Shown here in pieces: positions 41,294-51,683 of a stretch of DNA of 64,000 nucleotides; the stretch's first letter is position 1, and each line of letters starts with the position of its first letter. The position numbers and the translations under genes were made by a program. The DNA lies in the IMG/VR virus record IMGVR_UViG_3300027797_000021, positions 27,617-91,616 of that record, one strand, 5' to 3'. Origin of the DNA: a virus. The notes beneath the pieces were generated by a model. The model had not been told where the DNA came from and searched no databases. It was given only the letters and a program-made list of their open reading frames with translations.

Positions 41294-44200
41294 TATCTAA
41301 CACCTGCATTAATATCAATTTGTTCCGATCCAAAAGGATTCATAACTGGAATAACAGATCCTGATACACCCATACCACTCATTAAGGATCTTAGTCTTGA
41401 AGCAGTGTCTGTCTGGGATCCGGTTCCACCGCCAAATCTAGGATAGCTAGGATTGGATAAACTGGCTTCTTGTATCTGTTGTGGATAGTAACCCATTTGC
41501 GACATTTCCAGTCCCATATCTTGACCAATCTTTATTTTAACTTGATCCATGCTGGTATTTGGGTGCCAACCTTCCCAATTTTCGTTTGGTAATTCGTTCT
41601 TGGAAAAATAATCAGTTAACTCTGGTCTCTTTTCTACTTCCATGCCCCACGCAGCTTCGTATATTCTTCTCTCAAGTCTTCCAGCTGTTGATAATATTCT
41701 TTCTCTTTCATTTACGGGAGCATTGATCATGGCTTTAAAGTGTTCCCGTTTTCTTTTTGGTATTGCCAAAGAAAGTGACTCTATGTCAGTTCCGTATTTG
41801 CCTGAACCTATTTCTTCTATTGGGGCGCCATACATTGTTCTTTTAGCAGCTGACTCATACTGAAAGGCTGCGCCCCTATCTCCAGCCATGCTAGCCATTT
41901 TAGCTAATCTAGTATTTTTAGTATATGTTAGGATGTCTGCGTACTCTTCTAATGCAAGTTCCTTTTTCCTAGTCCTCGGCATGAACTGCTCGCCAGTAAT
42001 GGCTTCGTTTGCTGAATGAAGTGAGGAAACACTAAATCCCGTCACTGCTCCAAGTGTCGACATTACAAATTTTCCTTTGCTAGATTGCCCAAAAAATGTA
42101 CCAGCTACTGCTAATGTAGCTGCTGCTGTTATGGGATCTCTATTCCCAGCTTTATTGACCATTGGAGCTATAAAGCTTTCAAAAGGCCTTTGCCATTCGG
42201 GGAAGGTTGCGCCATATACGTTGTTTCTTTCCCATTCTTCTGTTGATGTTTGTTTATTTATAAACTTCTTATTAATGAAAGTATCTCTATGCGCTAGCAT
42301 TTCGCCCACCCTACTTACTGCATGAACAGTAGGATGCATGCCCATTTCCTCAGGGGTGCTATCTTTATACTTGTATTCGGTGAAGTTTTTCTTCTGTTGT
42401 ATTGATACTGCGCGTTCTCTAAGTTCCTGAACCCTTAACTTATCGGTAGGATTATCTACCATAGAATCTATGGTTTTATCTAACGATCTAAATTGCTTTG
42501 AGTATGGAGCGACGTCTCCAAGTATCTTATACTGATCCATTACCCCGTATCTGCCTGTGGCATCTGGACTTAGCCTATTTAATCTCTCATAGGCTACTCC
42601 GGGTAATCTGAGTTCTCCTTCCGGAACCTTTGTAAACGGGTCACCTGTAGTGAAATCCGTAAAGTATTCTGATCCCGGGAGGAATGGATACTGCTTACCC
42701 ATTGTATTCTTAATCGGATTTATGTAGTCAATTCCCGATCTTTCTTTAGGTATAAATCTTCTTGTTATTTCTGAAAACTCTATAGAACCTATTTGCTTTC
42801 CGCCCAACATGGGGATGTCTCCTAGTCCTCCTAGGTTCATATCCCAAAATTGCCTTCCAGTTCCATATGCTTTAGAAGCCGATTGCAAAACTGACCTTTG
42901 TGGCGCCAAGTCCGATTGACCCAATCCAAAGCTTTCTCGTACGCTGCTTGCAGCAAAGCCGTAAATACCTAGCATTTCTTGAGTCCTATATCCAAGTTCC
43001 TGTGCTTGGATTTGTGGATTACCCGCATTTATTGGACTTCCAGCCGGAACAATACGCTGCGGCATAACGCCAGTCATCTTAGGTGCTCCATAGGCCATCT
43101 GCATATACTGATTATTAACGCCGGATATTGTATTTCTAGTTTCATTTCTAGCGGTATTAAGTGACCCCGCTCTTCCGGCCAGCATTGCGTTAGAAGATGC
43201 CTGTGTGCCGTTTGGAGGGCCTCCAGATCCCCCCATGGCCATTCCACCTGCAACTCCTCCCATGCCCCCAAAAACGCCACTTCTGCCATTAATGTATGGA
43301 TCTGCATTATAAGCTCCAGATTGACCAGCTGGCACGTAGTTGGCTAGTCCCGCAGCAACCTCTTGTTGATGCATCATAGTCTGAGGTTTTAGTATTTTTC
43401 CAACAGTGGCATTGAGTGCTGGAACAAGCGGACCGAATGGCCCACTGAAGTACTCACCGGATACAGGGTATGGCCTATCCTCGGAATGCTTACGCTCAAA
43501 ACGATAGGGATCAAGCGGTCTAAGCGGAGATATGTCAGTATGGAACAGTGCCCTTTCTATTGGGCTCCCCATGCTGTCTGAGGTGAACATTGCTCCAGTT
43601 TCTAATTTACGATATATGCTTGGGCGGTAGTACATAATTTTTCCACCCATGAATGGAGTGTTACCCAATGGCCAGAATCGACCTTGCCTAATTGCTACTT
43701 CGCCTTCAAATAATTGTTCTTTCTTTTCTTCAAAATTCATTCCACCAGGAGTAATGCCAGAACCAAGAGCTTGTAAATTTCCTGCTGCCTTAGCAGCTCC
43801 GCCGATAAAGAATGGTGAGTAAACCCTTTCTCCTCTATCATCTTTTTCATTTACCATTCCACCGATAGTTCTGTCGGCGGTCATTATGCCTAAACCAGCA
43901 CCGTATATTGGCAAGATTCTCTTGCCAACCATTCCACTCGTAAATAAACTCAAAGGTGAGCCGTATTGAGAAACGTCTAACTGTAGGCCAATAGTTCCAA
44001 AATATTTATTTAGTCTTTCAACGCTGTGAGACACTGCAGCCGACGCATTAGAGTAGCTCTCAGTACTATTGTAAGTATTAATTCCTAGAGCGCTTTTTAT
44101 TGCACCGTATGGATTCCTAGCAAAAACGGTACCAAAAGTTGGAACCAGGAGAACGTCAGCGCCCTGTCCCCTTGTAGACCCAAGAACGTCTGTTGCTGAT

Positions 44201-47200
44201 TCTGATATGCGATAAGGAGCCGTGCTGAGTCTCGGGTATAATGCTTTCTTAATTAAACCAGACCTTCCTACCTCTCCTATTCTTTGGCTAGTTCCAGTGA
44301 TAAAGGGGTCAACTAGTCCTTCTGCGTCTTTTAGGGCCTCTATGGAATTTTTGAATGCGCCTCTTTGTACCGCTAGTTCACTTAGTCCAGATCTATTTGC
44401 CTTCATAGCACTTAAGTTAAATAGTGTTGAGAGTCCGGCTGCTTGCGCTTCTGCCAACTGACCAGCTGGTAAATCCTTTGCCATTTCAGTAATAATTTCA
44501 TTCATCTGAATAAAAGTATTAGAAAAATTTCGCCCTGCTGCACCGGCTGAACCTGATGCCAATAATTCATTTCTTTGAACTAAATATTTGAATAATTCAT
44601 CTTGAAGCTCATCCCCTCTTGTTAAGATTGTGGGGCTTCTTTTTCTGATATGGGACCCAGACATTAAATCTGCGTCCTGCATTATATCTCTTAGTCTTCT
44701 ACTCGTTTCATATAAGGTATCTGGCTCATAACCTAAACCCCTTATTCTGGATGCATCGTAATTCAATGACGCAAGTACATCATCGGTCATTTGTTTTGTA
44801 TCTTGAACATTAGTAAGTGAAGAGACTCTTCTACCATTAAATGTTCCTATGCCATTATCCTCAAGAACTTTCATTACTCTCTTGGGCATGGCAAAGCCAC
44901 GAGTTTGTTTTCTAAAGTTTTCAAATGACCTTAGCATTTCGCCTTCGGTGATCATTTCGCCTGCAGTACCGGGGGATCTTGCTGTCACTGCGCCAGTATC
45001 ATCTGCTATATTTACTCTAAATTGTTTCCCATTGGAATCAACTGTTTCATCCCTAAGTAGTCGTCCAAAAAAGGATGGGTTTTCTGGATCAGTTTTTCTT
45101 TTAGCGAACCTTGACAATAAACGCCCTATTGAATTTGGCTGCTCATAATCAATATCAAATTTTTGCCTAAGAGCAAGTTCTCTTTCCGGGCTAACTCCAA
45201 GTCTTTTTAATAGATTTGATCTATTTTTCCCGTCAGCAAATTCGACTTCATTGAGCGACTTTGCCTTACCTTCTGAGGCTGCGTTTCTTGCAGCTCTTGA
45301 AAGCATTTCGTTACTTTTCCTAGAAAGGGGCCTATAGAATCCTTCTAGTTCTTTTGACTGATATTGACCAGTGATTGATTCCTCAGTAAAGGACATTACC
45401 TTATGCTTAGTGCGGCCTCCGCTATAAGATAAAAAGAAATCAGCGCCTTTATCTGCGTCAGGAAGAAATGGTTGGGATACTTTTCCTTGCACTATTTGAA
45501 ATGGGGAACGGCCTGACATTTCATCAAATGAGCCTTTTCCAAGCATTTGCATTGGGTTAAAGTTAAGTATAGGAATTTTTAAATCATTACTTAAAAAGTT
45601 GCCAACATTTCTTACTGATTGCTTAACGCCAGAGAAGTCCAATACATTTCCAGAACGAGTTTTGTAAACATCTCTCATTACTGAAACGCTGGAAGATGTT
45701 GTCGTTGGATCGGCTAATGCCATTCTCTTGGATATCTCACCCAGCATTGTTTGACTATCGTCGCTAAGTCCTGCGAATAGCCCTTGACTTACACCTTCGT
45801 CTAAAGTCATTGCCTTTAATCCGAGAATATTAAATCCTCTACTAAATATGCCAGTACTTATCTGCTTTTCTCTTACTAGAAAACTTCTTAAACTATCTGG
45901 ATTATTGGTGTTTAATCCTCTTTTTCCTAGGTTTTGACTTAGTACGGCACTAGAGACTTCTCGACCATTTGCGTCTTTTAGATTTATTCCTAATCTTTGT
46001 GCTGATCTTTTAATCAAAAAATCTTTTTGGGAAACTGATAAATTATTTAAATCTGCAAAATCTTCAAAATCTGCTTTTTTAGTCTTTAATACTTTGCCTG
46101 CCACGCGAGGCATGGCATTATCAAGTATGGAATTCCATCCTTTTTCTGCTTTTACTTTTATTGCAGCTTGAAATTCTTTACCTTCAAATATTCTATTAGT
46201 ATTTTCTATAGATGTTTTCAGGGCATCTGAGCTGAGAAATCCTCCCTCAATCGAATCGTCTACCGTTGTTGAAAATCTTTTTAATATTTCCTCAAAAGCT
46301 TCATCGCCCTCTTTGATAATTTTAGTTTTGCCAATAGTTACTTTTCTACTAGTTTCTTTGACTGAAGTATTAACACTTACGTCATCTATAAACTTTCCTA
46401 AAACCCCAGAAAATCTTTCGCGACTAGAATTTGGTGCCACATCCAATATTTGTTTTTGAAGAAGCTGTTTATATTCTCGCTGCTCGACTTGCCTATAAAA
46501 CTCTGAACCACTAAACGACTTACTCCCTACGCCTCCTCCTCCGCTAGTGCCAAATTTTTCAGCCAACTTGGATACTTTGCTGGAGAAATTAGCTCGCACA
46601 TTCGTGACTACGCTTGTCAATTCATCTGCATTCATCCCAGATTTATGTAGGGCTGCGTCAAAGCTTATGGCCTTATTCACTACATCATAGCCAACTCCAG
46701 TTTTCTTAAATGTATTAATTCCTTGATTGACGCCTGAGCTAATTCCTCTTAATCCGGGTATTAAATCTATATAGCCAAAATTGCCATCTGCTCCATCGCC
46801 AAAGGCTAATTTTCGACCAAAAATTGCAGCTCTCTTTAGGGTGTTTTCGCTTGCGGAATTAGCCCAAGATTCTCTAGCTCCAGTATTTCTAACGCTGTGC
46901 ATAATAGCGTTAATGTTAGGTCGCTGATTGGCGTAGTTTTCTGTTGCCGCTCTAACTGCAGCTGACCCTTGGGCTGAAACTTTTAATGCCTGATTTGTTA
47001 TCTTGCCTAGGTCATGGCCGACTTCTCCTAGGATATCGTCTAAATCAGTAAAGCGCTGAGCAGCTTTTGTCTTAAAGGAATTGACCCCAGACGACCTTGC
47101 CACATCTCCCATTGATTGTCTAAAGTTATGAAGAGATGACCTTGCATTACCTGCTGCTGCACCTGCTGCTTCAAATGGCAGGATTGTTGTAGCTAAAGCT

Positions 47201-47898
47201 ATTGACGATTCTTTAACAAAGTCTGTAACAACATCTACGGGATTGTACCAATTGACCTTAGGCTTATCTTCTCTTCCTCCAAATATTGGATCAATTAATG
47301 CTTTTTGCCCAATGTATAGTGCCGGTAATTCATACGGCGCACGCCTTGCAGAGGCCACCATTCTACTTTGTATGGAATCTCTAAGGGCCCAGATTGCTGT
47401 TGGTTCATTTTCAATGCCCCTGCCCGCCTGATTTAATTCTGCGGAAGTAAAATAATCTCCCCTGTCAGTCAACTTTGTTTGACCTGCAGTTAGTTTGCCA
47501 TTGCTTTCGAAAACTAGATTACTATATGGGTCTAGCTGATCCGGATTTGCTCCATCTATGGCCCTACTGACGCCACCTAGTTGGTCCAATTCTTTTCTAA
47601 ATCCAGTAAGACTTTTTACTGTCCTTGAGGAAAAACCCTCTGGATTAATGGACGCCTGATCCTGAAGCGTTTTGGCTAGCTTCAGGCCACCTTCTTTAGT
47701 AAACTTACTAAGGACAAACATGGCGCCTAGAGTGGCTGCACTTGTTGCAAAGAACCTTAATACTGGGTGACCATTTAAGGCCTTACTCACAAAGCCAGAG
47801 TTAGGAGCGTCACCTCGCTCCTCATCATTCATCGTTGGTAGGTCTCTAGACGTTACATTGTAACCTAAGTTTTGTATAGGTCCTGGATCTCTTACCAC
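41293..47898 (-). CDS. Tape-measure-position giant protein (tape measure or DNA-ejection protein)
   Basis: 2201 aa directly downstream of the chaperones; mostly helical, Gly/Ala-rich, with several hydrophobic segments; GTG start. Confidence 0.5.
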   Translation of the reverse strand: MVRDPGPIQNLGYNVTSRDLPTMNDEERGDAPNSGFVSKALNGHPVLRFFATSAATLGAMFVLSKFTKEGGLKLAKTLQDQASINPEGFSSRTVKSLTGFRKELDQLGGVSRAIDGANPDQLDPYSNLVFESNGKLTAGQTKLTDRGDYFTSAELNQAGRGIENEPTAIWALRDSIQSRMVASARRAPYELPALYIGQKALIDPIFGGREDKPKVNWYNPVDVVTDFVKESSIALATTILPFEAAGAAAGNARSSLHNFRQSMGDVARSSGVNSFKTKAAQRFTDLDDILGEVGHDLGKITNQALKVSAQGSAAVRAATENYANQRPNINAIMHSVRNTGARESWANSASENTLKRAAIFGRKLAFGDGADGNFGYIDLIPGLRGISSGVNQGINTFKKTGVGYDVVNKAISFDAALHKSGMNADELTSVVTNVRANFSSKVSKLAEKFGTSGGGGVGSKSFSGSEFYRQVEQREYKQLLQKQILDVAPNSSRERFSGVLGKFIDDVSVNTSVKETSRKVTIGKTKIIKEGDEAFEEILKRFSTTVDDSIEGGFLSSDALKTSIENTNRIFEGKEFQAAIKVKAEKGWNSILDNAMPRVAGKVLKTKKADFEDFADLNNLSVSQKDFLIKRSAQRLGINLKDANGREVSSAVLSQNLGKRGLNTNNPDSLRSFLVREKQISTGIFSRGFNILGLKAMTLDEGVSQGLFAGLSDDSQTMLGEISKRMALADPTTTSSSVSVMRDVYKTRSGNVLDFSGVKQSVRNVGNFLSNDLKIPILNFNPMQMLGKGSFDEMSGRSPFQIVQGKVSQPFLPDADKGADFFLSYSGGRTKHKVMSFTEESITGQYQSKELEGFYRPLSRKSNEMLSRAARNAASEGKAKSLNEVEFADGKNRSNLLKRLGVSPERELALRQKFDIDYEQPNSIGRLLSRFAKRKTDPENPSFFGRLLRDETVDSNGKQFRVNIADDTGAVTARSPGTAGEMITEGEMLRSFENFRKQTRGFAMPKRVMKVLEDNGIGTFNGRRVSSLTNVQDTKQMTDDVLASLNYDASRIRGLGYEPDTLYETSRRLRDIMQDADLMSGSHIRKRSPTILTRGDELQDELFKYLVQRNELLASGSAGAAGRNFSNTFIQMNEIITEMAKDLPAGQLAEAQAAGLSTLFNLSAMKANRSGLSELAVQRGAFKNSIEALKDAEGLVDPFITGTSQRIGEVGRSGLIKKALYPRLSTAPYRISESATDVLGSTRGQGADVLLVPTFGTVFARNPYGAIKSALGINTYNSTESYSNASAAVSHSVERLNKYFGTIGLQLDVSQYGSPLSLFTSGMVGKRILPIYGAGLGIMTADRTIGGMVNEKDDRGERVYSPFFIGGAAKAAGNLQALGSGITPGGMNFEEKKEQLFEGEVAIRQGRFWPLGNTPFMGGKIMYYRPSIYRKLETGAMFTSDSMGSPIERALFHTDISPLRPLDPYRFERKHSEDRPYPVSGEYFSGPFGPLVPALNATVGKILKPQTMMHQQEVAAGLANYVPAGQSGAYNADPYINGRSGVFGGMGGVAGGMAMGGSGGPPNGTQASSNAMLAGRAGSLNTARNETRNTISGVNNQYMQMAYGAPKMTGVMPQRIVPAGSPINAGNPQIQAQELGYRTQEMLGIYGFAASSVRESFGLGQSDLAPQRSVLQSASKAYGTGRQFWDMNLGGLGDIPMLGGKQIGSIEFSEITRRFIPKERSGIDYINPIKNTMGKQYPFLPGSEYFTDFTTGDPFTKVPEGELRLPGVAYERLNRLSPDATGRYGVMDQYKILGDVAPYSKQFRSLDKTIDSMVDNPTDKLRVQELRERAVSIQQKKNFTEYKYKDSTPEEMGMHPTVHAVSRVGEMLAHRDTFINKKFINKQTSTEEWERNNVYGATFPEWQRPFESFIAPMVNKAGNRDPITAAATLAVAGTFFGQSSKGKFVMSTLGAVTGFSVSSLHSANEAITGEQFMPRTRKKELALEEYADILTYTKNTRLAKMASMAGDRGAAFQYESAAKRTMYGAPIEEIGSGKYGTDIESLSLAIPKRKREHFKAMINAPVNERERILSTAGRLERRIYEAAWGMEVEKRPELTDYFSKNELPNENWEGWHPNTSMDQVKIKIGQDMGLEMSQMGYYPQQIQEASLSNPSYPRFGGGTGSQTDTASRLRSLMSGMGVSGSVIPVMNPFGSEQIDINAGVR

Positions 47899-47912
47899 GG
47901 TTTTTCCTTAGT

Positions 47913-48542
47913 CTAGCCCGATCCCCATAACTTATTTGCAATGGGGTCTTGATACGCAGCTTCCCCTTCTTTCTTGGAAAGATTATGACGAGCAGCTTTG
48001 ATTTTTTCTTTTTCTACTTCTTCTTGTGGATCAATCAATTGCAAAGTCAAATTGGTTGACTCCATGCCATTCATGTTCTGTTTAATCTCAATTATTTTTT
48101 CTGAAAGAGCTACATTTTCAGCTAACTCAGAGAATGTCATATTCTCTAAATCATCCGGGGTATATGTAGATATAGTAGCGAGAACAAAGGCTTTCATTAA
48201 ATTTTTGACCTCAGTAGCTTCATATCTTTTTTCCTCAAGAATATTCTTAGCTAAGGATACGGTAAAGAATCCGGATATATTCAATATCTCTTGAGACAGT
48301 GAAGACACTGCCCCAGGAGATATCGACATTAAATCAAAATTTTCTGGATAAATAATAGCGTACGACAGAATTAAGTCTTCCATGTCAGCGGAAGAAAAAC
48401 CATCTAAACTTTGAAGATATAATATCTTATTATATTCTTTAAAAGTTAATTCTCTAAAAACTAAAGTTTGACTTTTTACATCAACACTATAGATTTTTCC
48501 ATATTTACTTTTTAAGGTAAATACTAACTCTGGGTCTATCAT
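47913..48542 (-). CDS. Tail assembly chaperone-like protein (paralog B)
   Basis: LKSKYGKIY...LVFRELTFKEY; lies between the tube genes and the tape-measure position. Confidence 0.6.
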   Translation of the reverse strand: MIDPELVFTLKSKYGKIYSVDVKSQTLVFRELTFKEYNKILYLQSLDGFSSADMEDLILSYAIIYPENFDLMSISPGAVSSLSQEILNISGFFTVSLAKNILEEKRYEATEVKNLMKAFVLATISTYTPDDLENMTFSELAENVALSEKIIEIKQNMNGMESTNLTLQLIDPQEEVEKEKIKAARHNLSKKEGEAAYQDPIANKLWGSG

Positions 48543-48545
48543 AAA

Positions 48546-49103
48546 TTACAGCTGTCTTACCTCTAAGGCAACGAAACCTGAAGCTTCTAATACCTCTTGC
48601 GCAATTAACGAAGGGAGACCAGCCATGAATCCAGCAGAGTTATTCTTGTCAAACTTAGGATAAAGCATACATAGCTCTGATATAGTTTCTTCATTCCAGA
48701 GGTTAGCTTCTGCCGTAGTTAGCTGTCCTGCTTGAACCAGCTGTTCCATTTTCTTAACAATCTGCTTATACTCAGCGCGATTCAAAGATCTCCATACAAT
48801 ATGCTTATCGTAGGTAATGGAAGTCACATAAATGTCACCATATTGCTTTTTCCAATCCTTGACAGTACCTGCTAGCGGTCCGCCATCCCAAATTGCCTCT
48901 TCGTCTGGAACATCCTCTATATCCTGGTAGTCAGCGTCATTTTGCACTGGCTGCTCTTCATCTTCCAAATCTGGAGAATAGCCTGACGCAAGATCGCTTG
49001 CACTAGGATCATCTGACATCTCTAAATCTACCGTAGTAGTTTCAAAGTCTTCGCCAGATTCAATATCTAGATTTTTAACAACAACTTTTCTTTTAGAATC
49101 CAT
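48546..49103 (-). CDS. Tail assembly chaperone-like protein (paralog A)
   Basis: WKKQYGDIY...IVWRSLNRAEYK...AGLPSLIAQEVLEASGF, with an acidic N-terminus. Confidence 0.65.
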   Translation of the reverse strand: MDSKRKVVVKNLDIESGEDFETTTVDLEMSDDPSASDLASGYSPDLEDEEQPVQNDADYQDIEDVPDEEAIWDGGPLAGTVKDWKKQYGDIYVTSITYDKHIVWRSLNRAEYKQIVKKMEQLVQAGQLTTAEANLWNEETISELCMLYPKFDKNNSAGFMAGLPSLIAQEVLEASGFVALEVRQL

Positions 49104-49131
49104 AATTACTCTCTTTCGCTCGAATCAATTC

Positions 49132-49160
49132 ATTATATCATACTATACTTAGTGGAACAA
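49132..49160 (-). promoter_or_regulatory. Sigma70-type promoter with an extended -10
   Basis: The minus strand reads TTGTTC-N17-TATAAT with TG one base before the -10 hexamer; intergenic, about 29 nt upstream of the ATG at 49103. Confidence 0.6.
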
Positions 49161-49165
49161 CAGTT

Positions 49166-50140
49166 TTACTCACTTATAAGTTGTGTTGTGTCCCCCGTTT
49201 GTTTGTACCAATTTGACATATTACCATTTGTGGATGTCGCAGTCTGTGCTGATACCGCAGCCTGTGGGTCTGCTGAAGCATTAAAGGTAGTCTTTGTTTT
49301 GACGAAGGAAAGATTAGCCTCTGTAAAGTAGTGATCTCTTGCTATGAATTGATAACTTTCACCAATAGGCTGACCACCCGGGCCGTAGGCAATTGACATA
49401 TTTGTCAGGTTTACTTCTTGTATTACTATTTTCATAGGTTGAGAAGAATTATCAGATTTAATAGTTCTTTGATTAACGTCTGAGATCATCATTCTATCTA
49501 TGTTGTCAGAAATATTAGTATCTTCGCTTTGATATAAGTTCAATGGAGACAGTGCAACCTCTTCTAGCCCATAGACTATGATTAGATTAAATGGCGGATG
49601 GGCGCTAAAAATATTTCTATTAGAATTCTGAACGTTTTTAAAAAATGGGTCGTCAGTAGTTCTGTCCAATTGTCCTCTGGCCCAATATTTTTCTATTAAC
49701 TTTTCATCTTCTACTGTTTCAAAAGTAGATCTCATACGAGACATTACCTGATTGGCGGGGTATTTCTCTTTTGCTGCGCGTGCTCTAACATCCGCTGCCT
49801 TCTCAAGCAGTTCTGTCATTCTTCTTGGGTACTTGGAAAACATTGTTATTTCTCCACTGATGATTCTAGTACCATACATCATGGCGTCATAGTTATATGA
49901 CCAGAACCCATACAGTGGTTGTTTTTCCTGTCTTACATTAAAAGCGAAGTTTGCAATATCTAGTTCATCTTCGGGGGAAAATAATCCATCTATATATATT
50001 CTGATGTCTTCACCGCTAAAGTAATAATCATAATAATTACTAAAACGTAGATCGTTCTGTCCCCCGCCACTCCATACGGCATCTATTGTTTCATGAAGTG
50101 GGTCAAACTCTCTTATATTGTTATTGTTTCTAATTGTCAT
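49166..50140 (-). CDS. Tail tube paralog (tube initiator, gp48/gp54-like)
   Basis: YFSGEDIRI, EKQPLYG, GTRIISGEI and PPFNLII parallel the motifs of the main tube protein. Confidence 0.65.
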   Translation of the reverse strand: MTIRNNNNIREFDPLHETIDAVWSGGGQNDLRFSNYYDYYFSGEDIRIYIDGLFSPEDELDIANFAFNVRQEKQPLYGFWSYNYDAMMYGTRIISGEITMFSKYPRRMTELLEKAADVRARAAKEKYPANQVMSRMRSTFETVEDEKLIEKYWARGQLDRTTDDPFFKNVQNSNRNIFSAHPPFNLIIVYGLEEVALSPLNLYQSEDTNISDNIDRMMISDVNQRTIKSDNSSQPMKIVIQEVNLTNMSIAYGPGGQPIGESYQFIARDHYFTEANLSFVKTKTTFNASADPQAAVSAQTATSTNGNMSNWYKQTGDTTQLISE

Positions 50141-50922
50141 CTTGGAGGCTGCACCTGAGTTGTATTGTTTTCGTTCTTTTTAGGATTGTATTTACTTTCA
50201 TAATATTCTTCTTCATTTAAAGAAGCTAGTTCTTCTACTATGAGATCCCCAAATATATTAGATCCAATATTCATATCTCTAGCTTTCATCTCCGTGGTAT
50301 AGGATGGATCTCTTGGGTCTAAATCATCATTCGGAATTTTTATTAAAGGCTGAATTCCTCTAGCCATATAGGTGTATGTCTGCTCTGTTATTAGGTCATC
50401 TATCGATAAGGTTTGACCTTCATCAACTATCGTGATACCAAAGATTTTCATTTTTGCCCCAACTCCGTATTCATTAAAAAATGTAATGACAATATCGAAA
50501 GGTGGCAACATGTCTGCTAGAGGAGCAAAGAATCCTTGCTTTCTAGCAAGGTATTCTCTAAATTGCTTTATTCTATAAAAAGCGTATTCGTTAAAAACAG
50601 TAAATATTAGGCTTCCGGCGATTGTTCTTCCGCCCTTAACAAATCCCCTAACATTTACATGCCCCAATGTTCTTATGGGTGAATTTTCCCTATGTATAGA
50701 GTATGAAATAGTTTGAAGTTCACCGAGAGTTATTACGTCGCCGGTAGCTTCAACGTTGCCCGTTTGCCCTATGACGGGAACTATCATCGTTGCTACTGCA
50801 TCTGCTCCAGAGAAGGACATATTCGACATGTATTTATCAAAGTCAAATAAATCATTTCCTGACTTTTCTTTAGTCTCTTCTTTTCTAGTCAGCTTAAAAG
50901 GGAACGATTGCCCTTGTGCCAT
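50137..50922 (-). CDS. Tail tube paralog (tube initiator-like)
   Basis: SFSGADAVA, RENSPIRTLG, RTIAGSLIFTVF and LPPFDIVITFFNEYG are nearly identical to tube-protein motifs. Confidence 0.7.
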   Translation of the reverse strand: MAQGQSFPFKLTRKEETKEKSGNDLFDFDKYMSNMSFSGADAVATMIVPVIGQTGNVEATGDVITLGELQTISYSIHRENSPIRTLGHVNVRGFVKGGRTIAGSLIFTVFNEYAFYRIKQFREYLARKQGFFAPLADMLPPFDIVITFFNEYGVGAKMKIFGITIVDEGQTLSIDDLITEQTYTYMARGIQPLIKIPNDDLDPRDPSYTTEMKARDMNIGSNIFGDLIVEELASLNEEEYYESKYNPKKNENNTTQVQPPR

Positions 50923-50940
50923 ATTATTCTCCTATAAATA

Positions 50941-50976
50941 AAAAGGTGCATGGAAGAAGCCTCCCATGCACCTTTT
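50941..50976 (-). terminator. Rho-independent terminator after the tail tube gene (symmetric, potentially bidirectional)
   Basis: Perfect 13-bp inverted repeat AAAAGGTGCATGG-N10-CCATGCACCTTTT, followed by a U-tract on the minus strand. Confidence 0.85.
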
Positions 50977-50994
50977 GCGTAAAATTACACTCTA

Positions 50995-51657
50995 TCAGGG
51001 TCTGATAATTGTGGTGTTCAATCCCTCAGGCGTAATACCTACCAGGTTAGTCGGATCGACAAGCGTATCATTTCTGATAACGTACATCGGTCCAAGCTCA
51101 CGGGCTACGTAAGTCATTGTTTCTTCGATAACGATGTCATCCATCGATGCTCCTGAACCTTCGTTCAAAAGCTCAACACCGAAGATTGATCTTACGGCTG
51201 CCTGACCATATTCATTAGCGAATGTAACAGTAATGTCAAAAGGAGGAATCTGATCCGCATAGTAAGGAACTTTTCTTACTACGCCAGTCTTCTGCTCATT
51301 AACATCAGCGATACCGCGTCGATGGCCATTGTCACCGGGCAATGTGTTGTGACTTCTTGTGTAAAAGTCCATGGGTCTGTTTTGCGTATAGTTTTGTTCC
51401 AACATCTTATACAGTGCCGGACGATCAAAAACCGTAAAGATTAAAGAGCCAGCTATTCCTCTTTTTCCTCTTGAGAAGGAACGAGGATTAGGCGATCCCA
51501 TGGTATAGATTGGGGCCTTTTCTCTAGTAACAGAGAAAGTGATGCCTGATAAGGCGCCAATTTCTACGCCACCAAATGTGGCTACAATGTCTGCTCCTGA
51601 GAACGTGGTGTAAGTATTAAGATACTTATTAACTGATGTATATTCTTCTGCTGCCAT
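50995..51657 (-). CDS. Major tail tube protein
   Basis: 220 aa directly after the sheath gene, with a strong SD (AGGAGG) and a terminator after it; TFSGADIVATF...REKAPIYTMG...RGIAGSLIFTVFD. Confidence 0.75.
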   Translation of the reverse strand: MAAEEYTSVNKYLNTYTTFSGADIVATFGGVEIGALSGITFSVTREKAPIYTMGSPNPRSFSRGKRGIAGSLIFTVFDRPALYKMLEQNYTQNRPMDFYTRSHNTLPGDNGHRRGIADVNEQKTGVVRKVPYYADQIPPFDITVTFANEYGQAAVRSIFGVELLNEGSGASMDDIVIEETMTYVARELGPMYVIRNDTLVDPTNLVGITPEGLNTTIIRP

Positions 51658-51683
51658 TTAAGTTACCCTCCTAGTCGGTAAAT

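Noticed and set aside
24725-47898. Inteins, introns or stop-codon reassignment explaining the giant ORFs
   Set aside because: I noticed no intein splice motifs or LAGLIDADG/HNH blocks, and the genes tile tightly under the standard bacterial code.
48500-48600. Programmed frameshift between the tail chaperone genes
   Set aside because: No convincing slippery heptamer before the first stop; the second gene has its own ATG and is a full paralog.
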